A stretch of DNA of 64,000 nt. Source: an uncultured bacterium (GTDB taxonomy: Bacteria; Chlamydiota; Chlamydiia; Chlamydiales; SM23-39). Shown here one piece after another: positions 1 through 10,031 of the stretch. The stretch covers positions 16,407 to 80,406 of the forward strand of contig CAYGOC010000005.1 of NCBI GenBank assembly GCA_964351495.1, given 5' to 3'. The notes under the pieces were generated by a model. The model did not search any database. It saw nothing but the letters and a program-made list of their open reading frames with translations, and was not told the origin of the DNA. The first letter of the stretch is position 1. Every line of letters begins with the position of its first letter. The position numbers and the translations under genes were made by a program.

Positions 1-889
1 TTGGCGAAGCAGAATTCAAGTTTTGTCCGCTTGTGCTGAAAGTATGTTTTACATATTGAACAGAACCCGCTAGGTTTCCAAAGAAACGGAAGCCCATTCC
101 TAATAGGAAATCTGTGTCTAGACCGAATCTAGGTCCAAGTCCCCAAGAAGAGCTACTGGTAGTATAAAATAAATATCCAATAACATCTCTAGCAGAGTCT
201 TTTAAATTCCCATAAGTTCTATTTTCTCGGTTTTTCATCCAAGAAGCTCTAAATCCTACGTGTGGCTTCATGATAAGATCTTTTCCAGAATAAAAAGGTC
301 TTCCCATGTTGAAGTCTAAGATATTAAGTACGTTTTTAAAAGAGTGATCAACATTGTCAGCGCTAACAGCATCATCTTCAGAAAAAACTCGAGTAGGGAA
401 AATTGCCTTCCGATTGATGTCGGCATCTTTTATTCCTACGCTAGTGTTGCTGCTTGATACTAGATGAGTCCACTCTGCTTGAGTAGACCAGCTATCAAGA
501 TCAAAGTTCATTCCTAAAGCTAGACGAACTCCTGGAGCCCAAGAGAACTCTGGACTTAGAATTCTTCCATTTTGTGGAGGTATAGCAACTAATAGAGATC
601 CTGCAGGATTAGGATTTGTTGTTATTCCGAAAGCAAGACCATCTACTCTGTTTTGCCAGTATATAAAATCACCAGAAAAGAAGAAGTCCCAAGCAGAGCG
701 CACATCGTAACGAGCAGGAGCACTATATCCACCCATCATTTGGCTTTCTTGCATTGTGTGACCTTGATTCATTTGATTTTCTTGTGATGCGTCACGATCT
801 TTTCGATCATATCTAGCAGCAGAAACAGAAGAAGCAGCAAAAAGCATTACTGCACCTAGTTTCAGTGCTTTTATAAATTTGTTATTCAT
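1..889 (-). CDS. MOMP-like outer-membrane porin (Legionella/Chlamydia major outer membrane protein-like family); 3' end runs off the window
   Basis: Absent from the ORF track because it has no stop in the window. My reverse-strand reading from the ATG at 889 gives MNNKFIKALKLGAVMLFAASSVSAARYDRKDRDAS..., i.e. a signal peptide. This is followed by DFIYWQNRVDGLAFG and an aromatic-rich beta-strand pattern like the 18982..20091 protein (EFLYWRASEDDLTYAF). I checked codons for 1-240 and 785-889 by hand and found no in-frame stop. Confidence 0.65.
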   Translation of the reverse strand, partial: MNNKFIKALKLGAVMLFAASSVSAARYDRKDRDASQENQMNQGHTMQESQMMGGYSAPARYDVRSAWDFFFSGDFIYWQNRVDGLAFGITTNPNPAGSLLVAIPPQNGRILSPEFSWAPGVRLALGMNFDLDSWSTQAEWTHLVSSSNTSVGIKDADINRKAIFPTRVFSEDDAVSADNVDHSFKNVLNILDFNMGRPFYSGKDLIMKPHVGFRASWMKNRENRTYGNLKDSARDVIGYLFYTTSSSSWGLGPRFGLDTDFLLGMGFRFFGNLAGSVQYVKHTFSTSGQNLNSASP

Positions 890-1247
890 TTGTGTTCTCC
901 CTTTTACTTTTGGGTTGTTTTTCTGATGTTACTTCTGGGACTCTATCTTATGTTCCCTTTTCATAAAAATCTATAAAAGAGAAATTACACTTATCCCAAA
1001 AAATAAATCAAGAGCTTGAGTGATTTTTTTTGTTTTTTCTTCTCAAAACTCACCCAGAATAGGATTTTCCTACTCCTAACTCCCTTCATACAAAATTACG
1101 CAGCAGTTCGCAAGTTTTTTATTTTTCTATAGAGAAAAAAAGGGGGTTTTTGTGTGTTTTCTTCTTTTTTTTAGACGAATTTTCAGAAAAAACCAAACTC
1201 CTTGCGAAAATAGGATTAAAATCTTATAAAGCAGAAAAAAGGAAGGT

Positions 1248-1607
1248 ATGACCCGCTTTTTAGGAGTTTTTTTCTTTATGTTCACATCTCTTTATGCTGG
1301 TTCTGTTTTTTTGGTAAACGATTCCCCGTTTGCTTTAGAAGCGGAAATTTATGCTGCAAATGGTACGCTTTTAGGAAGAGAAACGTTAAAACCGGGACAA
1401 AATCTAAACTCTTCTTTAGATCCAACAGGGCTTGATATTCCCCAAGACTCAAAAGGCTCTTTAACGCCCTACTCGGTTATATGGCGTTGTAAAAATGGGG
1501 GGTTTTACTCAGTTTGCTCTTCCGTTCTTCCGGGAGGCTTAGTAGAGGCTACTCAAGGAACGGGAAACTTGTACTGCGCTCCTTCTGAACAAAAAAGAAA
1601 CTCTTAA
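1248..1607 (+). CDS. small secreted hypothetical protein
   Basis: ORF track. Has a hydrophobic signal-like N-terminus (FLGVFFFMFTSLYAGS) and several Cys residues. AAGGAAGG lies just upstream of the ATG. No family recognised. Confidence 0.5.
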   Translation: MTRFLGVFFFMFTSLYAGSVFLVNDSPFALEAEIYAANGTLLGRETLKPGQNLNSSLDPTGLDIPQDSKGSLTPYSVIWRCKNGGFYSVCSSVLPGGLVEATQGTGNLYCAPSEQKRNS

Positions 1608-2140
1608 AAAAGAACCACTTTTTCCAGTTTTTGATCTTCTTTAGAAATGGGTAGAGAATCAGAAAAAAACTGTTCTTTAAATCCTACTCCGAAACTAGTC
1701 AGAGAAGTTTTTCGTAAAAATCTATCATAATATCCCCTGCCATAACCGATTCGGTGCCCTTTTTTATCAAAAACAAGACCGGGGATCAAAGCGAAGTCTA
1801 TCTTAGAAAAAGATAGCAAAAGGCAAGTAGAAGGGTTTGGCTCCAAAACAGAAAGGGGAGAAAGGATAAGATCCCTTTTTAGGTCTTGTACCCAAAAAAG
1901 CATAAGTCCCTTTTTGTCTACCCTGGGAAGAACCAGTTTTTTTTCTTTACAAAGCATCTCATTTACTGAAGAAAGATCTATTTCTGAAAAGATGGGAGAA
2001 AAAGATAGAACAAAGGAGGCTTTTTCTATTTTAGGAAGAAAAAAAGAAAAAAGGCTCTCCTTTGCTTGCTCCCTTCTTTTTAGGCAAAGGGCGTCTCTTT
2101 TTTCACGAAAGAATTTTCGTAAAAGCTCTTTTTTTTTCAC
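1604..2140 (-). CDS. 5-formyltetrahydrofolate cyclo-ligase
   Basis: 178 aa with the family-typical C-terminal motif GHRIGYGRGYYDRFL. GTG start overlaps the upstream stop (GTGA). Confidence 0.8.
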   Translation of the reverse strand: MKKKELLRKFFREKRDALCLKRREQAKESLFSFFLPKIEKASFVLSFSPIFSEIDLSSVNEMLCKEKKLVLPRVDKKGLMLFWVQDLKRDLILSPLSVLEPNPSTCLLLSFSKIDFALIPGLVFDKKGHRIGYGRGYYDRFLRKTSLTSFGVGFKEQFFSDSLPISKEDQKLEKVVLF

Positions 2141-3408
2141 AAAGGCTTTCCAGAGCTATACTGCACTTTCTTCAGTAAAAAGCCTGTTTTTTCTTCAAAA
2201 AAAGCAGCTTCCCCTTCTCCTTTTATTACTTCACAAAAGGGAGTGTTTTCCCCTTTTTTGTAGTATTTTCCTGATGAGAGAAGATCATTTTCATATTCCT
2301 CTAAATACATAAGCTCTCCTGTGTAATACCAGACGCAATAGGCCCCCTCCTTCTTATTACGGAATAGTTTTTTTTGGGAGGCTATTTGGCCGTTTGGATA
2401 CCATGTTTTTGAGATACCCTGTAAAACTCCCTTTTCCCATTGAAAAGAGAACTTAGGAAACTTTTCTTTTTTCTCTTCAGTTTCCTCTTTAGTATAAAAA
2501 TAGAGCTCTTCCCCTTGCTTTTCTCCATTTTCTATAAAATAGTAGCCTATTTCTTCTCCAACTTTATTAAAGATTGTTATCTTCCCTTTAGGAACTCCTT
2601 TTTCATATTGTATTTTTTGATGGGGAAGATCCTTTTCATATTTGATTTTAAAGCCGCTTCCTTCTTCAATTTGGCTAATTATGGCTCCGGTTTTATCGTA
2701 GTAGACCGCTTTTTGAATGTTTCCTTTGTGGTAGTGTTCTAAGGAAGAGGGTTCTTTACTGTGAAAATAAGAGATACTAGTTCCTTGTAAAAGTCCCTTT
2801 TGGTAAAAACCCTGGGAAATAAGGGTTCCATCTTCTCGGTATTCGGAAAAGTCTCCTTCTAATTCTCCCCTTTTATAAAAGGCCTCTCTTTTTAAAGAAC
2901 CTTGAGGATGATAATAAATAGACTTTCCTTCCAAAGATCCTTTTTCGTAAGAAATCGAAGCTAAAAGAACTTTGTCTTCTGACCAAACTTTACAAACACC
3001 ATCAAAAGACCACCCTTTTTGCCCGAAAGGAGAAAGGTTCGCTTCTCCGGAACAAACAGAGGCCTCTACTTTAATCTCGCCGGATGGGAACCATTCTTTA
3101 TAGGTTCCTACAGCCCTTCCATCTACTATTTCTAAATACTGCCAAAGGGATCCATTTTCATGATAGGTAGTGAGAAAAGAAGGGGTTTTCCCTTCTTGAT
3201 TTTTAGCGTAGGTTCTGACTATTTGCTTATAGGGTTGTGAATTAAAAAAATCGACTCTCTTTAACTCTTCTAGTTTTTCTGGATCGTTGATCATTTCAGA
3301 AAGACCGTTTTGACTTACCATTTGAAGACAAACCAACGTATCTTCTTTTTCTTTTCGACTTGCACAGCTTGCTAGAAAACATAAAGAGAGGATAAAGAAA
3401 AATTTCAT
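2137..3408 (-). CDS. MORN-variant (YwqK-like) repeat lipoprotein
   Basis: Lipobox LASC after a signal peptide. Many repeats of the G-x-G-x-Y-Y/F-x-x-G type (GKSIYYHPQGSLKREAFYKRGELEGDFSEYREDGTL...). ATGA overlap with the upstream gene. Confidence 0.7.
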   Translation of the reverse strand: MKFFFILSLCFLASCASRKEKEDTLVCLQMVSQNGLSEMINDPEKLEELKRVDFFNSQPYKQIVRTYAKNQEGKTPSFLTTYHENGSLWQYLEIVDGRAVGTYKEWFPSGEIKVEASVCSGEANLSPFGQKGWSFDGVCKVWSEDKVLLASISYEKGSLEGKSIYYHPQGSLKREAFYKRGELEGDFSEYREDGTLISQGFYQKGLLQGTSISYFHSKEPSSLEHYHKGNIQKAVYYDKTGAIISQIEEGSGFKIKYEKDLPHQKIQYEKGVPKGKITIFNKVGEEIGYYFIENGEKQGEELYFYTKEETEEKKEKFPKFSFQWEKGVLQGISKTWYPNGQIASQKKLFRNKKEGAYCVWYYTGELMYLEEYENDLLSSGKYYKKGENTPFCEVIKGEGEAAFFEEKTGFLLKKVQYSSGKPL

Positions 3409-3992
3409 AAAGGACTCCTTTCAAGGATTTCAAAGTGCAACACAAAATAACGACTTTCTTTTTCCAAAGTAAATTGAGTGACAATATAATCTGGTCCCTC
3501 TTCCGAAGGAGAAAAAGATCCTATTTCAGTCCTCTCTATAAGGGAAAGTAGGTTTTCCAGTCCTTTTTTGTCTATATTAACCTCATTTTCTAAAGAATAG
3601 AGAGCTTCTGTAAAAAAAGGTCCCCGAGTCTTTCTTTTTTCTGTAAAAGAGAGGGGAATCTCCTTGATTTTTTTATTCCTCCAGAAAAGAGGGTGTTCTT
3701 TAGGTAAAAAGCAACTCGCTTTTTCCAGTAAAAGAGGGCTTGTGCTTAGCTTTTTTTCTAAAAAAAAAGGATCCGCTTTTTGGAGCCTTTTTTTCATTTG
3801 ATACAGATTGATTCTATCTTTTTTCGTTTTTTGGGCTTTTTCTATTACCTCTTGAAGTCTCTCTTCTAAGGCTTTTACTTCTTTTGTTTTTTGAAAAAGA
3901 TAGACCTGTAAGCTAAGAGTAGAAAAAAGAAAGAGAAAATAGAAAATATACCGCTTTTTTGAAAAATAAAAAAACGAACCGATCCTCCTCAA
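3405..3992 (-). CDS. bitopic membrane protein, PilO/GspM-like topology (hypothetical)
   Basis: N-terminal TM (YIFYFLFLFSTLSLQVYLF), then a coiled-coil-like stretch (KEVKALEERLQEVIEKAQKTKK) and a small C-terminal domain. TTG start overlaps the upstream stop (TTGA). Confidence 0.5.
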   Translation of the reverse strand: MRRIGSFFYFSKKRYIFYFLFLFSTLSLQVYLFQKTKEVKALEERLQEVIEKAQKTKKDRINLYQMKKRLQKADPFFLEKKLSTSPLLLEKASCFLPKEHPLFWRNKKIKEIPLSFTEKRKTRGPFFTEALYSLENEVNIDKKGLENLLSLIERTEIGSFSPSEEGPDYIVTQFTLEKESRYFVLHFEILERSPL

Positions 3993-5422
3993 TGAGAACC
4001 TCCTTTTAAGAAAAAAGCTACTTCATATACATTTCCCTCTTGCTTCCAGGTAAAATCCTTTTTTCGGTCTACAAGGCTTTTTTCAGAAGAGAGAGTTTCA
4101 AAAAAAGAACGCCAAACTGAAGGAGAAGCGATTTTTAACGTCACTTTCACAAAAGTTTGATAAGGGGCTTTTCTCTTTTCTAAAGAGGGATACTCTAAAA
4201 GACTATATTCGATCTTATCTATCTCCGTTTCATGAGACTGTAAAAGAGGGTGATGAGAGAGCCAGTGTAAAAAAGAAGAGACGGTAGGAGGAAAAGAGGC
4301 TAAGTTTTTGTAGGGTAAATCTGTATTTATAGCTTTTTCCCAAAGAGCTATTTTATCTTCTAGAGGGACCTCTTTTCCCGGTTTTGTAAACCAGCTTTTT
4401 TCCGCTTCTATAGCTTTTTCAAACACGCTTTCAAGAGAAGCTCTTTTATATCTTAAGTCTTTTTGCTTTTGATAGGACAAAAATAAGACGGAGCCTATTA
4501 AAAAGGTAAACAGAAGAAACACAGAAAGTCCCAACGTCTTTAAAAAAGAAGAAGAGATCCATGCGTTTTTTCGAAATTGAATTGCATAGGAGTCTTTAGA
4601 CAAAGAATTCATAGCAAGTCCTATTGCAATAGCATATTGTAGGGTTTGTCTATTTTTCCCCTCTGTTTCTAAAAAATTTTCTACATACTCAGAAATAACT
4701 TCGAAAAGCCAGTTTTTAACTATTTTGGTATTTCCCGTTAAAAATAAAGGGAGCTTTTTTTCTGCTTTTAAAGATTGGAAGGAGCGGTTTATTTCTTGTT
4801 TTATCTCCTCCTGTTTTCCTTGTTTTAAAGCCTCTTGCATTTTCTCTTCTCCCCACTCTAAAAAAAGAGATTGAAAAGGAAGGTTTTTTTTCATCCAAAC
4901 TAGGGTTATAGAGTCTCTACCTAAATGGAAGATGTACCCTTCCGAGAAAGAGGGGAAAAGAGATTTTGTATAACGAACTAAAGCTAAACTGTAAAAAGAG
5001 ACTTTTTCTGGATCTAGCCCTTGTTTTTCCCAGTGAAGAAGGTGCTTTTGTAGAACTTCTTTAGTCGTAATAAAAAGATCTACCTCTTCGGTTTTTTCAG
5101 AAAAAACAGGTTCGTACAGATAGCTATCCGGTTTCAAAAAAAGGAGCGACTCTATCTGAAAAGAAAGAGCCTTCTCCTTTTCTCTTTTAGAAGTAACGGG
5201 TAAAAAAAGAGATTTGAAAAGAACTTGACAGAGCCCTGTTGTTATGGGTTTTCTTTTAAAAAATTTTTTGTAAAGCCGCTTTACATCAGGTTCTGAGGTG
5301 CTCCAGGTTTCTAGCTTTTCAATTTCAAACTGTCCCTTTCTTTTTCGAACCTGTGCTAGCAAAAAAGAATTTTTACTTTCTTCTATTCCTACAAACCGCA
5401 TGTGTCTCCTTAGAAAGCTCAA
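3989..5422 (-). CDS. PilM-like N-domain + TM + C-terminal domain (GspL / PilM-PilN-fusion-like), hypothetical
   Basis: N-terminus reads MRFVGIEESKNSFLLAQV, and later YIFHLGRDSITLVWM, resembling PilM actin-like ATPase-fold proteins. Single TM at LGLSVFLLFTFLIGSVLFLSY. First gene of a four-gene overlapping operon. Confidence 0.5.
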   Translation of the reverse strand: MSFLRRHMRFVGIEESKNSFLLAQVRKRKGQFEIEKLETWSTSEPDVKRLYKKFFKRKPITTGLCQVLFKSLFLPVTSKREKEKALSFQIESLLFLKPDSYLYEPVFSEKTEEVDLFITTKEVLQKHLLHWEKQGLDPEKVSFYSLALVRYTKSLFPSFSEGYIFHLGRDSITLVWMKKNLPFQSLFLEWGEEKMQEALKQGKQEEIKQEINRSFQSLKAEKKLPLFLTGNTKIVKNWLFEVISEYVENFLETEGKNRQTLQYAIAIGLAMNSLSKDSYAIQFRKNAWISSSFLKTLGLSVFLLFTFLIGSVLFLSYQKQKDLRYKRASLESVFEKAIEAEKSWFTKPGKEVPLEDKIALWEKAINTDLPYKNLASFPPTVSSFLHWLSHHPLLQSHETEIDKIEYSLLEYPSLEKRKAPYQTFVKVTLKIASPSVWRSFFETLSSEKSLVDRKKDFTWKQEGNVYEVAFFLKGGSH

Positions 5423-5511
5423 ACCATTTTAGCTTTTTACCAAGATTAAGCAAAGAGAGGGTTTGCTAAAAATAGAAAATAAAACTGACTTTGCCGTATA
5501 CTGGATCGCAT

Positions 5512-5766
5512 ATGATTCTTGCGTACCTTATTCGTATTTTATATATTACGTATTCTTTGATGCTTTTTGTTCGCATCCTGAGTTCGTGGTTTCCCGAATG
5601 GGAAGGGGTTTCTTTTATCCGTTTTATCCACCGATTCACGGAGCCATACCTATCTCTTTTCAGAAGAATTATCCCCCCTATTGGAGGGACTTTAGATATT
5701 AGTCCCATTTTAGCCTTTTTTGCCTTGGGGCTTATAGAAAAACTGCTCTTTATGCTTTTTGTATGA
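5512..5766 (+). CDS. yggT: YggT family membrane protein
   Basis: RILSSWFP...FTEPYLSLFRRIIPPIGGTLDISPILAFF matches the YGGT repeat pattern. I prefer the ATG at 5512 over the TTG at 5491. Confidence 0.7.
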   Translation: MILAYLIRILYITYSLMLFVRILSSWFPEWEGVSFIRFIHRFTEPYLSLFRRIIPPIGGTLDISPILAFFALGLIEKLLFMLFV

Positions 5767-6740
5767 AAAACCTAGTCTCTCCTTTTTTTTTAAAAGGAAA
5801 AAAATTTCCTTCCAATATTTTTTACGCACCGCTGGCTGGTTTTACTGATTTTCCCTACAGGAAGATGGGATCTTTCTATAAACCGGGTTTGCAGTTTTGT
5901 GAAATGGTAAAAATGGAACCTTTGGTAAGAGGGGATAAAAATACACTTAAAATTTTAGATTTCGATGAGAGTATGAGACCTATAGGGGCTCAAGTTTGTG
6001 GAAGCAATGTAAAGCTAGCAAGAAAAAGTGCCCGTATTATAGAAGATTTAGGGTTTGATGTACTTGACTTGAACTGTGGCTGTCCTGTGGATAGGATCAC
6101 CAAAGATGGAAGTGGTTCCGGTATGTTAAAAAATCCGGATCTCATAGGAGAAATAATAGCGGAATTTGTTTCGGAGGTCTCTATTCCCGTTACGTTGAAA
6201 ATTCGAGCAGGCTGGGATGAAAAAAGCATAAATGCCCCTTTAATAACAGAAATAGCAGAATCGGCAGGTGCTTCTTTAATCGGAGTTCACGGGAGAACAA
6301 GAGAGCAGGCTTATAGAGGATTTTCAGATAGGCTTGTGATTCAAGAATGTAAAAAAAGAGCCAAAAAGATCCCCGTTTTTGGTAATGGGGATCTTTTTTT
6401 TCCTCAGGATATAAAAAATATACTCGAAGAAACTTCTTGTGATGGGGTATTGGTCTCTAGAGGAACTATGGGAAGACCTTGGATAGCGCAGGAAGTATAT
6501 GATCTTTTTGAAGGGAAAAGTTCTGTTGTAGACAACTTAACTTTAAGAAAAAAAGCTCTTTTAGAGCATTTTTCTTACATAGTTTCCTACTATCCTGAAG
6601 TAAAAGCGGTTTTAGAGCTTAGAAAAATAGGATGTCTTTACGTAAAAGAGTTTTCTGGAGTGAAAGCGTTTAGAAGAAGGTTTAATACCGCAAAAAGCCT
6701 TTCTGAGATGAAACAAATTATTGAAGAAATTCCTGTTTAA
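5763..6740 (+). CDS. tRNA-dihydrouridine synthase
   Basis: Motifs APLAGFTDFPYRKM, DLNCGCPV (catalytic Cys), VTLKIRAGWD and GVHGRTREQAYRG. Confidence 0.85.
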   Translation: MKNLVSPFFLKGKKFPSNIFYAPLAGFTDFPYRKMGSFYKPGLQFCEMVKMEPLVRGDKNTLKILDFDESMRPIGAQVCGSNVKLARKSARIIEDLGFDVLDLNCGCPVDRITKDGSGSGMLKNPDLIGEIIAEFVSEVSIPVTLKIRAGWDEKSINAPLITEIAESAGASLIGVHGRTREQAYRGFSDRLVIQECKKRAKKIPVFGNGDLFFPQDIKNILEETSCDGVLVSRGTMGRPWIAQEVYDLFEGKSSVVDNLTLRKKALLEHFSYIVSYYPEVKAVLELRKIGCLYVKEFSGVKAFRRRFNTAKSLSEMKQIIEEIPV

Positions 6741-7216
6741 CTTTCTTCTAAGAGCTTTTCAAAGATTTTTTGGAGCCTTTTTCTCTCTTGCAAAGATTCT
6801 GAAGAAGGTTTTTTCTCTTTTTGTCCTTTTCTTTTTTTTAAAGCCATTTTTTCTAAAAAGATAGGAATAGAAAAAACCATCACCCCTAATTCAAGACAGC
6901 TAGCTTGGAGCTTCTTATCAGAGGTAATTACCGTATAAGAGGCCCCTTTTTTTCTTCCTTGAATTTTTTCCAAAATAAATTCATCAGCGCTCATTCCTTT
7001 AGGAGAAAACTCGACTTGAACCGTTTCTTTATAAATTGAATCGGGTAAATGTTTTCCTGAAACGCCATCAAAGATTAGAAGAATTTTTCCTGGTAAAAAA
7101 GGAGCTATGTCTAAAACTAAAGAGAGGGTCTTTTCCCGTTTTTTTTGATAAGAAGAGGCATTTTCTGATAAGAAAAATAGGAGATTATAGCCATCGATAA
7201 GATAAACAGGCATCAA
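6737..7216 (-). CDS. YacP-like NYN-domain protein (predicted RNase)
   Basis: N-terminus MMPVYLIDGYNLLF plus FDG and a later TSD motif, typical of the YacP/NYN family. About 160 aa. Confidence 0.7.
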   Translation of the reverse strand: MMPVYLIDGYNLLFFLSENASSYQKKREKTLSLVLDIAPFLPGKILLIFDGVSGKHLPDSIYKETVQVEFSPKGMSADEFILEKIQGRKKGASYTVITSDKKLQASCLELGVMVFSIPIFLEKMALKKRKGQKEKKPSSESLQERKRLQKIFEKLLEES

Positions 7217-7827
7217 AGAAAGGCTTCTAAAAAAGAGAACAGTTTATCCAGAGCCTTTCTTCTATGGGAGATACGATTTTTAATCGACTCTTCTAATTCT
7301 GCAAAGGTCTTACTATACTCATACTTTACAAAAAGAGGATCATAACCAAATCCCCCGCCCCCTTTTTCCTGAGTAAGAATTTTTCCCTCACAACTAGCTT
7401 GGACTGATTTCACTATTTTTTCAGGGGAGGCTATAGAGATAGCACAAACATAATAGGCAGCTCGATCCTCTTCTTTTAAATGAGACATATCAAGAAGTAG
7501 TTTTTTTCGGTTGTCTGCATCAGTAGCGTTTAGCCCTGCATAGCGAGCAGAAAAGATACCGGGTTTTCCTCCTAAAGCGGGTACGACCAAACCAGAATCA
7601 TCTGCTATGGTCCAGCCGTTTATAGATTTTGCTGCGTGAAGCGCCTTTTTTTTGGCATTTTCCTCGAAAGAATCCCCTTCTTCAGGTGGGGGAGTATAAT
7701 GAGGAAAATCAAGAAGAGATAAAATATCTAAATGCTTCAAAGGAGAGAGTATAGTCCGAACCTCCCGAATTTTATGGAGATTTTTACTAGCTATTACTAA
7801 AGATTTGGTCTTTTCCAAAACGCTCAT
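7213..7827 (-). CDS. rdgB: RdgB/HAM1 non-canonical purine NTP pyrophosphatase
   Basis: Motifs ASKNLHKIREV, FEENAKKKA, ADDSGLVVPALGGKPGIFSARYAG, GFGYDPLF and ISHRRKAL. I chose the ATG at 7827; the track ORF begins at a TTG at 7860. Confidence 0.8.
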   Translation of the reverse strand: MSVLEKTKSLVIASKNLHKIREVRTILSPLKHLDILSLLDFPHYTPPPEEGDSFEENAKKKALHAAKSINGWTIADDSGLVVPALGGKPGIFSARYAGLNATDADNRKKLLLDMSHLKEEDRAAYYVCAISIASPEKIVKSVQASCEGKILTQEKGGGGFGYDPLFVKYEYSKTFAELEESIKNRISHRRKALDKLFSFLEAFL

Positions 7828-7883
7828 TCTTTTGCTGTTTTTGTTTTTTTTACCATACAAAATTTTTTGATATAGGGGTAAGT

Positions 7884-10031
7884 TTATTTTTTTTCTAAAG
7901 CATTAAAGATCTCTTTGATAATAAAAGCATCGCCTTGAAAAGAGAAAGACTCCCCGGGTTTTTTTCCTTTCATGGCTTGTGCAAACTTAGATTGAAAAGA
8001 GAGGATGTTTTTTTCTGGGTTTGCATCCCAAGGACCTAAAAGGGTATATGTAGACAGTTCTCCCTTTTCATTTTCACAAACAACCCTACATCCTACCTGA
8101 ACTTCATCAGAAGAGATCTCTTCTTTTCGCAAGATTTTTGCTTGATTCAACTGACGCGATAAAAAACGCACCTCTGATTGAAGGCGACCTCTTTTTTCTA
8201 AAGCGGCTTTATATTCAGCATTTTCTTTTAAGTCTCCGTAAGATCTAGCTTCTTCAATTTCTTTTGCATTTTGGATTGTTTCTACTGAGGTAATGTGTTC
8301 CAGCCTGCTTTTGGCCTTTTGATATCCTTCTTCTGTGGTCCAAATTGCCTCTTCCTCTTCTTCTTTTTCTTTGGAAAGAGAAGGGTGTTCTACTTCTGCT
8401 AAAGATTGTAAGATTTTTAAATCATGGCTTGTGAATCCTTCACATTTGGTAGAAAGAAGAAGATATTCCTGAATTTCTTCTAAAGAAGCATGTTTGAATA
8501 AATCTCGCACTACTTTGTATCGTTGATTTACTAAAATAGAAACCATCTTTCTGGCTAAATTTTTGTATTCTATTTTTCCGTTAAGATGAGCAAGTAAAAT
8601 TAAAAAGGCTTCGAAAAAAGCGTTTTTCTCTTCTTCTTTTTTGATAAAAGGAAGCTCTTTTTCTAAAATTTTCTGAAAACACCATACGGTAGCCTCTGGG
8701 TAAGAGGTGGGATTTTTTATTAAGATAAAAAGCTTTTCTTGGAGTCTTTCTAAAGACTTCTTTTTTAGCTCAGAAAAAATATAATCCCGAATTAAGTTAG
8801 GCTCTACCTCAAGCAAGAGATCTAAAAAGAAATCAGGCCATTCTTTTTTTGCTTTTTGCACTAGTTGTAAAACTTTCTTCTTAAAAGACAAAATAGAGAG
8901 CTTTCCCATAAGGTCTTTTACAGAATGAATATCTTGCAGAAGGGAAAATATTGCCTCTTTGTGCTCTTTTTTCCCTTGTACTTCTTCCAAAAAGAAAAGA
9001 ATTTGCAGTTTATGTACATTTTCTAAAGTGGAAGAAGAAAGAACCTCTTCTAGTTTTTTTTCTAAAGACTTTTTGAACTCTTGGTTTTTTAATGTTTCCG
9101 GAAAGTCTCGTAAAAACGTGTATACCATTTGAATGGTTTCTTCTACAGAGGGTTTTTTTTCTAAAGCTTTATAAAAAAGAACTTCATGAGGAAGTTCTTC
9201 TTCTCTTAAGAAAAAAGTTCCTTTACTTTCTTTGGGGGATTGCACTTTCGTATCTTTTTTTAATTTGGCCCTGGTATTTTGCCACCATCTATTCCACTGC
9301 TCAGAAGGAATAACGAGTTCACAAAGCTCTTCTTTAATTTCTTGAGTCGTTTTAGGTCCTAAATCTTTTAAGAGAAGATGAATTACTTTTACAGGGTTAT
9401 CTTTAGCCTCTTTTTCCAAAACATCCGGGTTCCCAAATCTTCTGGCTAAAAAGTGATCTTTAGAAAGAGGGATTAATGTATGAAATGCATTTTTGAAAGA
9501 AAGATGTTTTAGCCCTACCACCAAATCGCACTCTAAAGAGATCTCTTCCCTTATAAAAGAAAAGTCAATCACTTCACAGCAACCCCATCCAGCTTTGTGA
9601 AAGTAAAAGTTGCCTCTTTTTAAGTGGTTTAACATCTCGAAATTACGAAGAGATCCTTGAAAAGAAAGAGGGCCTTTGAGTCCTACCAACTTCAGTTTTT
9701 CTTGGAAAAGGGGGTCTTCTTCCCCTCCTTCTGAGATATGAGAAATAGCAACTTCGTAAAGACGCTCTGTATTGGTTACTTGGATGTCTAAAATGAGTTT
9801 TAAGATCTCTTTAGACTGAAATCTATCTTGGATTTTTTCCCAAAGAAGTAAGCCTTTTTCTACATGAGAACCAAAAGAGTGGGCTAGTTTTGATTCTTTT
9901 ACCTTATCTAGAATTTGAAAAAACTCTTTATAGTCTACTTCATCGCAGTAGCAATACTCTTCCCAGAGTCGTAGAAATCCCGGATAATCTTCATTTTCTA
10001 TTCTTTCTTCAAATTCTTTTAAATAGGCCAT
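7884..10031 (-). CDS. greA: transcription elongation factor GreA, long chlamydial form
   Basis: The C-terminal ~160 aa is a GreA domain (EARSYGDLKENAEYKAALEKRGRLQSEV..., LLGPWDA). The ~550-aa N-terminal extension is as seen in Chlamydiae. Confidence 0.85.
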   Translation of the reverse strand: MAYLKEFEERIENEDYPGFLRLWEEYCYCDEVDYKEFFQILDKVKESKLAHSFGSHVEKGLLLWEKIQDRFQSKEILKLILDIQVTNTERLYEVAISHISEGGEEDPLFQEKLKLVGLKGPLSFQGSLRNFEMLNHLKRGNFYFHKAGWGCCEVIDFSFIREEISLECDLVVGLKHLSFKNAFHTLIPLSKDHFLARRFGNPDVLEKEAKDNPVKVIHLLLKDLGPKTTQEIKEELCELVIPSEQWNRWWQNTRAKLKKDTKVQSPKESKGTFFLREEELPHEVLFYKALEKKPSVEETIQMVYTFLRDFPETLKNQEFKKSLEKKLEEVLSSSTLENVHKLQILFFLEEVQGKKEHKEAIFSLLQDIHSVKDLMGKLSILSFKKKVLQLVQKAKKEWPDFFLDLLLEVEPNLIRDYIFSELKKKSLERLQEKLFILIKNPTSYPEATVWCFQKILEKELPFIKKEEEKNAFFEAFLILLAHLNGKIEYKNLARKMVSILVNQRYKVVRDLFKHASLEEIQEYLLLSTKCEGFTSHDLKILQSLAEVEHPSLSKEKEEEEEAIWTTEEGYQKAKSRLEHITSVETIQNAKEIEEARSYGDLKENAEYKAALEKRGRLQSEVRFLSRQLNQAKILRKEEISSDEVQVGCRVVCENEKGELSTYTLLGPWDANPEKNILSFQSKFAQAMKGKKPGESFSFQGDAFIIKEIFNALEKK

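Noticed and set aside
1060-1072. Small inverted repeat TAGGA-N3-TCCTA, and a second AATAGGATT copy near 1210, in the divergent porin/small-protein intergenic region
   Set aside because: It has only 5-bp arms, so chance occurrence in a 350-nt AT-rich spacer is likely. There is no supporting evidence for an operator.
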